From: Eledone cirrhosa
Lineage: Eukaryota
Direction: 5' to 3'
Assembly (NCBI GenBank): GCA_964016885.1
Contig: OZ024742.1
Span: forward strand, 314,712,001 to 314,776,000
Length of the DNA: 64,000 nt
Positions within the stretch are counted from its first letter, which is position 1, and each line of letters begins with the position of its first letter. The position numbers and the translations under genes are program-made. Below the pieces are notes generated by a model. That model was not told where the DNA came from. It ran no database searches and saw only the letters and a program-made list of their open reading frames with translations. Below, in pieces: positions 1-13,812 of this stretch.

Positions 1-369
1 CCTATGCAAAGTAAACAATTTACCACATTCTGAGAAGTGGTATGAGCATAAGCCAGAGTCAGTGATAGAAAACGATCAGGTGAAGGGGCTGTAGGATTTT
101 AGGATACAGACGGACAAGAAACTGGAACACAATAGACCTGACCTGGTGGTTGTGGACAAAGAATAATATCGTGCCTGATTGTGGATGTGGCCTGCCCATT
201 CGACACGAGAGTGCAAGAGAAGGAGAGGGAGAAAATTAACCGATACCAGGACTTAAAGTGGGAGGTAAAAAGGATTTGGAACTGCCATGTAGTCAAACCG
301 GTCCCGATTGTCATAGGCGCACTAGGTACTATCTCAAAAGGTTTCCAGGGATGGTTAAAGAAAACTGGC
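1..369 (+). mobile_element. R4/Dong-clade non-LTR retrotransposon fragment (RLE endonuclease region)
   Basis: HNRPDLVVVD...DVACPFD...PIVIGALG with in-frame stops; near-identical to the reverse complement of about 13910-14270. Confidence 0.85.
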
Positions 370-1420
370 CCCAAAAGATGCACAAAGATACAGTAATGGA
401 CTACAAATTTCAGAAGTCCCATTTACTGCTGAAATGGAAAACACAGAAAAAGCAAAACAAGTAAATGTAACTACAAAGAAAGAACTGCTACAGAAACTGG
501 CTAAGAAATGGCAAGAAAAGCCTCCGTATGGAAAATACCCAGAAAGAGCTAACAATCCTGATGTTGATAAAACTTTAACCCATCAGTGGTTGGCATCCTC
601 TGGACTGAAATCGGAGACTGAAGGACTGATTATATCAGCACAAGATCAGTGTCTGCCAACAAAAAATTACCAAGCCAACATAATAAAAAATGGATGCAGC
701 CCATTATGCCGTGTATGTAAAAAACAACCAGCCACCATTGATCATATAATTTCAATGTGCAGTCCTATAGCTCCAACCGAATACCTAAACAGGCATGACA
801 GAGCTGCACAATACATACATTGGATAATGTGTAAGCATTTTGACCTGCCCGATCAAAAGAATTGGTGGGAGCATCAACCACCTCCCATACTTGAAAAAGA
901 TCACATCTCAATCTTGTGGAACATTAGCATCCAAACAGACCGAAAAATAGATGCAAATAGACCTGATATAATATTGAAGGACTTTAAAAAGAGGGTATGC
1001 CTGCTAATTGATATGTCCGTTCCAATAGACAAGAATGTATCTATAAAAACATTTGAAAAATTGAGCAACTATAAGGACCTGGAGATAGAAATTGGAAAAA
1101 TGTGGAAATTGAGAACTAAAACAATACCAGTGGTTGTAGGCGCTCTAGGAATGATACCTAGGTGGTCTAGTGATTACTTATCGCAAATCCCAGGAAACCC
1201 GCGTATAGGAGAAATACAAAAGATAGTACTAATGGAAACTGCCCATATACTAAGGAAGATTCTGTCAATATAAGTACATCACAAGTCTAAACACCTAAAG
1301 ATGCATGTGTGTGTATGTATGTTCTTTCTTGAACATGGCGGACCTTGTTGTCTCTTGAGGTCACTGGTTGTGATCTGGTGATAACTCGTATGAACATAAA
1401 GCAAAATAAATGCAACTATA
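370..1420 (+). mobile_element. Second R4/Dong-family element, 5'-truncated (CCHC knuckle, RHD, PD..D RLE, 3' UTR)
   Basis: ORF 434-1273 with CRVCKKQPATIDHIISMC, RHD, NRPDII and LIDMSVP; ends in a TAA-type repeat at about 1420. Confidence 0.88.
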
Positions 1421-1586
1421 ATAATAATTATTATTGTTTCTGCTTTTGGCACAAGACCAGTAATTACCTATGAAAACTATAGCAGTTAAACGATTTCGGT
1501 TGTTCTACATTCAGATGTAATATATTTGAAAGATGATCCCAATTTCGTTCGGTGTTTTGCAAAACAATATTTATTAATTAGTATAA

Positions 1587-1621
1587 TGATATATATTTTA
1601 AGAGGATATACGGATACTAAA

Positions 1622-1679
<58 letters not shown>

Positions 1680-1714
1680 TTTAGTATCCGTATATCCTCT
1701 TAAAATATATATCA
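1587..1714. repeat. Palindrome with about 40-bp arms around a (TA)n core
   Basis: tgatatatattttaagaggatatacggatactaaagtttt and its exact reverse complement flank (TA)n. Confidence 0.85.
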
Positions 1715-1728
1715 TGTACATATATATA

Positions 1729-1773
<45 letters not shown>

Positions 1774-2329
1774 TTATTTATATGTAATATATGTATGGGT
1801 GTGTGTGTGTCCGTGTGAGTATGTGTGTGTATGCTTAACTATATACTTATACATGTACAAATACATTTATACACACATATATACATATGTGTATATATAT
1901 ATGTATGTATGCATGGCAAATTCTTAAAAATGAGACATAGGCAAAACATGTCATTAGATGTTTCATCAAACTGGGAGCTAACTTACATGTGATACTACAC
2001 CGTGTATAAGTAAGTTCCCCGAATGCTTTGTTCTGCCGTATAAATTTAATGGCAGAGTGACAAACTTTGGTACATGTGTCACATGCAAAAGCAAGGTGTG
2101 TTGGGTACGCATATTAGTATAACATTTGCTATACATTTGTGTCCCAGATTTCGACTTGCATACACATCTCTTTCCCTCACTCGTAAGAGGTTCTTTCCAA
2201 CTTTGTTCTGGGAGCGGATGAACATCACCTATATATTAAATTGTTTGTTTCACTTCAGCACACACCCTCTGCATCTTTTCATATTTCTTCCCACTGGTAG
2301 CAATCAGATTTTGTCATTGGACTCTGTCT

Positions 2330-3480
2330 GTTACAAAACCTTCCAATGTTTCAGTATTGATGTTGACCTAATTCGGGGTATCCTGAAGGAACTTTTTAAA
2401 TATATCACACTACTCTCGAGCGGTACTGGGCACAGGTAACCCAGTATAGCCTGTTGTATTCTCGGACCATTGGCGACTAAACTGGCAATGTCATAAAGTT
2501 GGCTTGGTGAGGATAGATTCTGTAAGGACCTGATAGACAATGTTAGCACTCTTATGATCACACTAGACATGAGCCTCACTAGCACAAACTTTCCTGATGT
2601 CAACCTGGGCCTATCAACAGGCACACATAAGACATATCATATACCGAATAAGCGGCTAAATACATCAACAGAATATCCTGGAGTTCACCTAATATTTTTA
2701 AAAATCTGTTGCCCAACATTAGCCGTTGAATCTCGAACTTATTATCTAATAGAGAAATATTTCAGAAGCAGCAATGTAATATAAGACACTCCGAGATAGT
2801 GGATTCAGGGAACAGATCAAATACATGCCTAATAGGTACCCACCTAAAAATAAGAATAGAAAAAGAAGAAAATAATATGGTTCGCGCCTCCATTCTCACT
2901 AAATAGAAAGACTAATGTAGGTAAAAAATTTGTAGACCTTATTTATAAGCACTTTATTCCGCAACATCGATATAGTAAAATTTTCCATCGACGTTCGGTG
3001 AGAATATCCTATTCTTGCGCGCTATCCATAAGATCCAAGATAACTGCAAAAACCAAACCAAATAAGAGTCCGCGATGCTTTTACAAGAAAGACGACTGTC
3101 CATTATAGAAAAACTGTGATGGAAAATGCACCATATACGAGGCAGAGATATAATACAACCAGCCAGAAATCCATGAGAATATGTAGGTATCGTACAGAAC
3201 CGATTTAGGCACAGGTTCTACTTGCATCTCTCCTCATTCAGACACCACAACATAAAAACCACCACAGCCCAAAAAGGGTCTGGCAACCAAGGAAAAGGCG
3301 TACCGCAAGACATTACATGGAAAGTGCTCGAAAACTGTACACCATGCAAAAATGGAGAGAAGAGATGTCAGCGATGCCTAAGGCCGAGGTTTTTAGATAT
3401 TGTTTACATTAGAAGAACAATCTCTTGTCCAGCAGGAAGCCCACATCTCAAGTTCCCCTTTCACCAGACCTGCTAAATCA
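2330..3480 (+). mobile_element. Decayed Penelope-like element (RT C-terminus, linker, GIY-YIG), possibly with an inverted 5' segment
   Basis: Frameshifted fragments TNFPDVNLGLSTGTHK, RRKIIWFAPPFS..TNVGKKF, SVRISYSC, ITWKVL...CQRCL. Confidence 0.7.
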
Positions 3481-3907
3481 TCCATGAACCTATTCCATTC
3501 TGTCACCTAAACTTTAAACCCATCACATCCACACTAAAGAATAGTCTGTTGAAAGAGGATTTAGTATTACAATATTATATTGCACATTAACGAATACACA
3601 TTCAATAAACAATTTTAAAATATTGTTATTGCATATTCAGGTTTTGGTTATTAGGAACATATTAGAGGAGGCTTAGATATTTTAATAATTTTTAATATTT
3701 GCAATATAGCTGGTAGAAGCCAGATAACATACATCGTTGGCCATGACTAGACTCCGAAACCTACGGACGCGCATACATGTTAAGTGTATGAAACTTTTTT
3801 TATGCTCTCTCTCTCTCTCTCTCTCTCTCTTTATATATATATATATATATATTTATATATACACGCACACACAAATGGTTGAAGTAATAATAATCATAAA
3901 AAAAAAA

Positions 3908-3909
<2 letters not shown>

Positions 3910-3944
<35 letters not shown>

Positions 3945-3951
3945 TGCAACT

Positions 3952-3985
<34 letters not shown>

Positions 3986-4100
3986 TAATAATAATAATGA
4001 TGAAGATGATAATTATGATGACGATGATGATGAGGATGGACATGAGGATCATAATAATAATAGTAATAATGCAAATGATGATTATGATGAAGATGCAGCT

Positions 4101-4142
<42 letters not shown>

Positions 4143-4143
4143 A

Positions 4144-4200
<57 letters not shown>

Positions 4201-4235
4201 GTGCTGGTGGTGAGGATGAAGATGATGGCTATGAG
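3910..4235 (+). repeat. (AAT)n/(ATG)n microsatellite
   Basis: Direct reading; generates spurious poly-H/poly-M ORFs. Confidence 0.95.
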
Positions 4236-4453
4236 GATTACTTATATGAAAAGGATTTAAAATAAACAAATTCTCTGAATGCAGTTAGACATAGATACCG
4301 AATAATTTTCAATACATAAGAATAATTACTTAATTTAAAACATATTATTTAAAATTTAATTTATGCTAAATTCATTATATTACATCCAGGTCACTGACAG
4401 CTAATACTATGATAAAGAGGAGTTTTTCATTGATTTATTTTTTTTATGATAAA

Positions 4454-4512
<59 letters not shown>

Positions 4513-5266
4513 GTAACTATATATATACATACATACAAACGCACACACAAAAACACACACACACACACACACATATATATACACATATATATATATATAT
4601 ACACACACACATATATATATATGTATATATATGTGTGTGTATATATATATGTGTGTATGTATGTGTGTGTGTGTGCGTGTGTGTATGTGTGTGTATAGAC
4701 ACGCACTGAGACGCATAGCAATGCACGTACATGCACACACTCACCCAAATATATCTTTGTGTGTGTCTGTGTGTGTGCGTGGTGGGTAAACAGCTTTTCT
4801 GTTAAATATCAGTTTTTTAATATACTATTTAATTACTTGCCTCTTTAAAACTGTAACGTTACTAATTACCAAGTCAACATGTCTAACAAATTATAATTCA
4901 TTAGTCCAATAGGTAAGATATTAGAAGGGAGGTTTGAAGATTTTATTATTATCACATAATCTACTCTGATTTATATCTATATTCCTGAGTGCAGAAAATG
5001 AAATAAGAATCTATTAATTTTGATAATGGATTTGATAAATTTACTCTTCTAAAGGAACATGCGAATAAATGGTTTTGTTAAGAAATCGTATTTATATATA
5101 TATATCCATATTTATATATATATACATATCCATATATCCATATGTTGGATTTTCCGTTTAAACGAAGAATTCCTTGATCATAAATGCATATGTATCGAGG
5201 GCTAATAATTTATGCTTCTTTATTTTAATATGAGAGGAGACGTAACACACACACATGCATACATAC

Positions 5267-5391
<125 letters not shown>

Positions 5392-6185
5392 TGTAAACAT
5401 GTATATACATATATATATATATACAATTTTGATGTATACAGTAAATCGTTTTCCTACAAATTTTCATAGACTTATCTCAATATATATGAAATAAGTATGC
5501 CTAATATCAAGTTAACCGCACCCAGGCCAATGGTTGAACATAAAATATGACTAAAATTACGACAGACAAGAAGGCGTTTAAAATGAAAGTATTGGCGGGA
5601 GGCAGGGTAAGAACTAAATATGTTAGGTTAAAATTATTATTATGTATGGATGAATGTATATATGTATATATAAGTAAATATTATATATACATACATACAT
5701 ACATATTATATATATATATATATATACATATATATATGTATATATATATATAGGTAAAAAAAATATGTTAAAAATTAAAAGGGGTCAGATGGGCAGGTAA
5801 AGAAAGTGCATTCGGAGAATACCTCCAACTTGTGTTGTAGCCAGAATTGGCAAATAGCATGTAGAAAATCCGGCAGCTAAACTCGCAACATCTCCTAAAA
5901 GAACAGATGAATAAATTTGCATCATTAATCTCTGAATAAAATATAATTGAAAAGAAAATTTAAATCCATTGAGAGGCATGCAAAAAGCAAACAAAAATAA
6001 ATAATAAAAACAAAATTAAAATGATGATAAAATAAGAAAAGGAGTAAATAGAAGTAAATAGGAAAACGGTATTTAGTTGAGTTTTGGTAGCAAGTATTCA
6101 TAGGTTGTAAGACTGTATAAAAACACACACGTGCTCACTTACACATGCACGGCGGGCATACACACGCTCACATTTACAGCCCAAC

Positions 6186-6254
<69 letters not shown>

Positions 6255-6285
6255 TATAAACATACGCACACACGCACACACACAT

Positions 6286-6327
<42 letters not shown>

Positions 6328-6416
6328 GTGTGTGTGTGTGTGTGTGCATGTATATACACATATGTATGTATCCTAGGTATATTCATGCATTTAAACGCAA
6401 GCATAATCTGAAATAG

Positions 6417-7341
<925 letters not shown>

Positions 7342-9225
7342 TATGTATGTATGTATGTATGTGTAGTGTTTTTTAATATTTGTTAATTACAGTAGGTGGT
7401 ACCAGTATGAACACCAGTGTCAGGTCAATCTTATTGAGTAAAGCCACGAGATTATCATCTGCAAAACCACATTTCATGAAGTAACATTGTGTTAAAATTT
7501 ATACTTCTTTCCACTGAATTTATATACATATTTATGTATGTGGCCATTTATGTATGTGGCCATTTATGTATGTATGCCTGTATGTATCTATGTGTGTATG
7601 TATGTATATATGCATGTATGTATATATGTATGTATATTTACATATATATATTGTGTAAATTACATTTCTTCACAAAGATATTTGAAAGATTTTGAAAGTT
7701 TTTTCAGTGGTTAGCTACATCAAACACGTTATATAAATAGTAATAATATAATTATATAAATCTGAGAAGTGAAAACATATAGGTATAGCAGATAATAAAC
7801 TGCAGAAGTTAATTAAGCAAAGAAAAAAGAACATGAAATCCTGCAATTGTAAAATATATTTAGAACAATAAAGATGATGTGAAATAATCTGATTTGGACG
7901 TAACTGAGAGTTAATCTGGAGATTATCTACTACATATAACTCTAGACAAAATGTGTTGTGATTGTTCCTACCAAAACATATATGTAATCATTTATGCGTA
8001 TTCCCACGCCCACCCAACAATACAGATTCAGGCACATACATAAACAAACACATACATACACACATACTCTTCAACTCCCGTCAATGTTCTTTTCTAGATT
8101 TATAGTAAAAGAAAAATAACAATAATCATACAGTGGCTATATATGTACGTCAGCGTTTTATTTATTATATGTATCTTTGTTAAATGGTACGACTACCTTA
8201 TCTAGGGCATTAACTCTTTTGATCGGCGAAATTCCATATTTGTATTAATCTCCCGAGTCTTTGTTAATAATTCTATTGACATATTAATTGCATACGTTTA
8301 TTTTAAAAACTACCCGGTTGAGTGCTATTTATGCAATTTTTTGCATGATATACACATACTGAATTCATTTGCCAAATTCTGGGGTTTTTCCACATGTGCT
8401 TTTACAAAGCTCTACGTACATTCACAAGGTTGGTACAGAGCAAAATACCTGTTGATAACGTGATATTCCTTGTTCGATCATTATACCAAAAGCTTAATTT
8501 TTTAAGCAGACAGTATTATTGATTTAGGTGTCATAGAAACCCTGCATTTGGATTTTACCATCAATTCCATTGGGTTCAGGTCTGTTTTTATCATTTATTT
8601 TGTTTGATCTATTTAGCTTGATTTGTTTTTTGGCTTAGGTAGTTAACGCCTTCTTGACCACTTTTTCAGTTTGTACGGCGTTTTAACATATTGTTTAGCT
8701 CTGTTTTTTTATCTATGGAGCGCTTGCCAGCATAACTCTGATTTTGCGATTCTCGATGAATTCATATATATATATGTTTGTTTTTTTTTGTTTTGTTTTT
8801 TTTAGTATATGTTGGTTGTATACCACACCTCAGTATGCAGATTGGAGCACCCGACGAAGTGCGCATGTTGGTTTGGTTACTCCGGAGTAATGTAAAATAT
8901 ATATATATATATATTGTGATACTTGTGGAGGGTCATATTTGTGTATCATATGTCGGTCATATTTGGGCCAGAATTAATAACAGAACACACTCACTGTTTG
9001 GTTGGTTTTCGCTTCTGTCTCTTTTATATCGGTTAATTTAATTTATTCGGTCCTCAATGTTACCATTGACTGACCAACGGTAAAAAATGCAGATACAATA
9101 TAGACACAAACACATATATATAGTTTAACAAAGTTCTTTCGTTGCACATCTGCAACATCGTCAGTGGTGCTATTATGTTCCTCTCGTTGTATTGTATGCT
9201 TACGCCATCTTTATTTAGTCTGTTT

Positions 9226-9285
<60 letters not shown>

Positions 9286-9568
9286 GGAATAACAGGTATC
9301 GTTATAGCCGGTCCACTTAGATGTAGTCCAGTTGGAGCATTTCGTGTAGTCGATAGTATTAACGTGTGGCTTAGTTTGACTCAGCTAGACATTTCCATAG
9401 TGATGCTGCGAGTTCACGGTGATTTCTATGTAGTTTATACTTGGAGTAATAATAATTCAAGAAAGAAGAGTGACATGGCTCGCTATACAATAAGGGCTTT
9501 ATTCACATTGCTGACAATTGTTTCTTTGATCTGGTAGGTCTAGAGTTCGCTATCCGCCTGATTATGCA

Positions 9569-9626
<58 letters not shown>

Positions 9627-9655
9627 TATATACACACATATACATATATATATAA

Positions 9656-9698
<43 letters not shown>

Positions 9699-10194
9699 TG
9701 TGTGTGTTGTATTGAATTAGTAACTTTTATCGTATCTTTTACTGCAAAAATAATTTTATTATAACTGGGCTTATAAAACGCCAGTACGGAAATTCATGGG
9801 ACACAGCATACGTGGAAATTGAACCCACACCTCACATCTACCACTCCAACGCATGCTGATGCATGCTTTTTGTTCTGTTCTAGGTGCTTATATATCCTTC
9901 CATTATTCGTCTATTGTCTTTAGTAAAAATTGCGGCGAACGTTACTTATTCAATTCAATATTCAAATTCTACTGCCGTTTCCTAATCACGTGTTGATTAC
10001 ACATATAGATATATATTTATATATACTTGTATATATTATATATATCTTAAGTTCGCATATGTATTCATGATATATATGAGTGTCTGTAACAATGTCCGTG
10101 TTCCCGTACAAAGATAGGATATTTGACATAAATTGATCCATAAAAAGGACTGCAAAATATATTCTCTACGTTCGATATAAACAACTAAATAATG

Positions 10195-10405
10195 GTTTGT
10201 TATATAGGCACAAGGCCAGCAATTTGGGAGGAGGGGAAAGTAGATTAAATCGAAATCAGTGCGTGACTGGTTTTTATTTTACCGACCACGTAAGGATGAA
10301 AGGCAAAGTAAACCTCGGCGGGATTTGAACTCAGATCATAAAGGCCCGTAACTCTATGCTACAAAGCATGGTGTCGGCCTCTCTACCGATACTACAAATC
10401 CACCT
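10195..10405 (-). mobile_element. tRNA-derived SINE
   Basis: B-box GAGTTCAAATCC and central actttgcctttcatcctt..ggtcg.taaaat motif shared with the other copies. Confidence 0.8.
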
Positions 10406-10449
10406 AAACAATGGCAATATCTCTGCATGACTGATACCAATAAAAGAGT

Positions 10450-10525
<76 letters not shown>

Positions 10526-10554
10526 CATATAAACATATATATATATATATATGC

Positions 10555-10598
<44 letters not shown>

Positions 10599-10617
10599 TA
10601 TATATATATATATACAT

Positions 10618-10649
<32 letters not shown>

Positions 10650-10671
10650 CATATGTATAAATATACATATG

Positions 10672-10715
<44 letters not shown>

Positions 10716-10751
10716 CAAATACATATGTATATATATATATATATATATCGA

Positions 10752-10794
<43 letters not shown>

Positions 10795-10859
10795 GTGTGT
10801 GTGTGTGTGTGTGTGTGTATGTATATATATATATAGAGAGAGGGACGGGGAGAGAGAGG

Positions 10860-10925
<66 letters not shown>

Positions 10926-11029
10926 GAGAAAGAGTAGTTCATTATTGAGCTTTGTATTTGATACTTAAAAAAGCAGAGTGTCGGTGAAACGTCAAGGGCT
11001 TAGATGTCAGGTACAGGGTTATTTATATA

Positions 11030-13812
11030 TCTATATATATATATATATATAAACCGGTAGATGTATGTCTGTGTGTGTGTATGATTTTTATGCATTTCCA
11101 CATTTCTCTACCGATTTTGATGATTTTTTTTCCAATGTGCTCCAAATTTACCAGGGCAGGTCAACGCGGAATTACTTTTGCCAAATATTTCTTGCTTCTA
11201 TGAAAGAAAATCGATATAACTAAATACATGCTGTAACCCTCTTTCCTACACGCTTCATTCCTCTCACTACCCTCAATCTCCTCCGCAACTCTCTTTAAAA
11301 GGTTACTGCCTCCGTCTCTGAAGGAATGCGACACAAACTTTGATAACCCTCTCTCTTATACGCTTCATTCCTCTCACTACCCTCAATCTCCTCTGCAACT
11401 CTCTTTAAAAGGTTACTGCCTCCGTCTCTGAAGGAATGGGACACAAACTTTGATAACCCTCTCTCTTACACGCTTCATTCCTCTCACTACCCTCAATCTC
11501 CTCTGCAACTCTCTTTAAAAGGTTACTGCATCCGTCTCCGTTACAGTTTAGGTACACACATATTTTACATCAAATAACACATATTCAAAAGCAACAGATG
11601 AATTTATAAAACAACAAACGTAACAATAACGACCTCTCTATAAGTTAACTGCTTTACACTCTCTGTCTCTCTTCACTCCCTATATGACAACACTGCAGAG
11701 AGAGAAACAAGGTATATAATCAAATGGAGCGTTCCGTATATTCCCCCTCTCTATAACTTAACTGCTTTACTCTCTCTGTCGCTCTTCACTTCCGATATGA
11801 CAACACTGAAGTGGAGCGTTCCGTATTGACATACGGCTTCTCTGAGGCATTTTGAATAGGCTTATTGCAAATAACAACCCGCAAAATAACACTTAATATA
11901 ACAGATTAATGTTATAGACATATGAATCGGAATGTAACCCGCGAACTTTTTCTTGGGCAAAATTATTGGAACAGACATGACCTCATTGCCAGAGTGTTCA
12001 GACAGAAACTGGCTAAACTCATGGCTTTAATCAAAAAGGTCAGGTATTTGGGCTGTAAAATGTGACATGTTCACCGTCGAATGGCAAAAACGAGGGCTGC
12101 CACATGCTCACATTTTGATTTGGTTCGCTGATAAAATCAATTCAAATGCCATAGACAGCTTCATTTCGGCTGAAATCCCTAACCCAGCAACTGACCAGGA
12201 ATTACATGACATCGTCAACGCTAACATGGTCCGTGTGCGTCGGGTCCTAATGAGCATCACACGTGTCTGAAAGGGGGCGGTCGTGCAGTAAGGGATACCC
12301 CAAAAGATTTGTTGACGAGACTCAGACTGATGGCGATGGCTACCCCCTGTACAGGCGGAGAAGGCCCGAGAACGGTGGCTTCACCACAAAAGTAAAGAGA
12401 GGTCAAGTCGACAATAGATGGGTGGTCCCTTACTGCCCGCTTCTCTTGAAGATGTTCAACGCCCACATCAACGTTGAATTTTGCAACTCCGTCAAGTCTA
12501 TAAAATACATAAGCAAATATGTAAATAAGAGCTCTGATGAGGTCACAGAATACCTGGCGGAGCGGTACATCAGTAGCAATGAAGCTTTTTGGCGCCTACT
12601 TGGTTTCCTCCTACACCAACGGCACCCCGCCATCGTACAGCTTGCGCTACATTTGGAAAATTTGCAAAGGGTTTACTTTACGGACCAAACCGTCGCCAAG
12701 CTGGCCGCCGATCCGAAAGAGACCACTCTGACAGGTTTCTTCAAACTTTGCCAGTTCGATACATTTGCGCAATTGTGTACCCCCAGATTACATCCTACTT
12801 TATATGGTCGAAAAAAACTTGAGTGCGAAGAAAGTCAGATCAGGCTATTGAAAGACATCCTGGTGTAAAATTTGACAGCTGTATTGGAAGGGTTTACACT
12901 GTACCCCCAAGTCAGCATGAGTGCTTTCATCTCCGCCTTCTTCTGCATGAAGTTGTAGGCCCACACAGTTTTCAGGACCTCAAAACTGTTGATGGAGAAA
13001 TATGTGATACGTACCGGGAAGCCTGCTTTAAGCGTGGTATTTTGGAAGATGATTCGCAATGGGATTCCACTTTAGCAGAGGGTGCTTTGTTGAAATCACC
13101 TAAAGGTCTACGTGAACTCTTTGCCATTTTGCTTCAAAAGTGTGAATTGGGTGATCCTAAATCTTTATGGGTCAACTACAGAGACTTCATGTCTGAGGAT
13201 TTACTGCACCTGGCTCATCTGCAGTATCCTTCAGTGGAAGTTGCTTACAGCGACATTATCTACAACAGGGCACTCATTGATATCGAGGACGCTCTCCTCG
13301 ACATGGGTGGGAGTGAGTTGGCGACGTATGGCTTGCCGTCAACCGTCACAGATAAAGCTAACACGTTGGCCCCGGATTTGTTGCGGGAAACAGCATATGA
13401 CATCGGATCTCTTTCCCAATACTTAGAGGAAAATGAGCCCAAACATCTGTCGGACCAAAGGTTGGCCTATTTAACTATTATTTTGACGCGGTTCAAAATC
13501 AGACTGGGGGCATTTACTTTCTCGATGCTCCTGGGTGTACCGGAAAAACTTTTGTAACAAAATTGATTCCCGCTAAGATTCGTCAGGAGAAAAAAATTGC
13601 GTTGGCCGTTGCATCGTCCGGGATCGCTGCTACTTTGCTTCCGAGGGTAGGACAGCACATTCAACCTTTAAACTCCCTGTAGATTTAGTAAAAAGGGACA
13701 AGAGCTGATGAAGTGCGTGCCTGTCTTAAATTGTCCACGTTGTGGCCCCAGGTGAAGACTTTGTACCTGAGCACAAATATGCGTGCTCATCTGCATGGTG
13801 ACAACATGTCTG
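11030..13812 (+). mobile_element. Degenerate Helitron (Rep and start of PIF1-like helicase), 3'-truncated
   Basis: 5' TCTATATATA...; HUH motif VEWQKRGLPHAHILIW; VDNRWVVPYCP..HINVE; Walker A FLDAPGCTGKTF; AVASSGIAATLL; LSTNMR. Multiple frameshifts. Confidence 0.9.
11234..11540 (+). repeat. About 110-bp tandem repeat (almost 3 copies) in the Helitron 5' region
   Basis: acgcttcattcctctcactaccctcaatctcctc recurs at about 11250, 11360 and 11470. Confidence 0.9.
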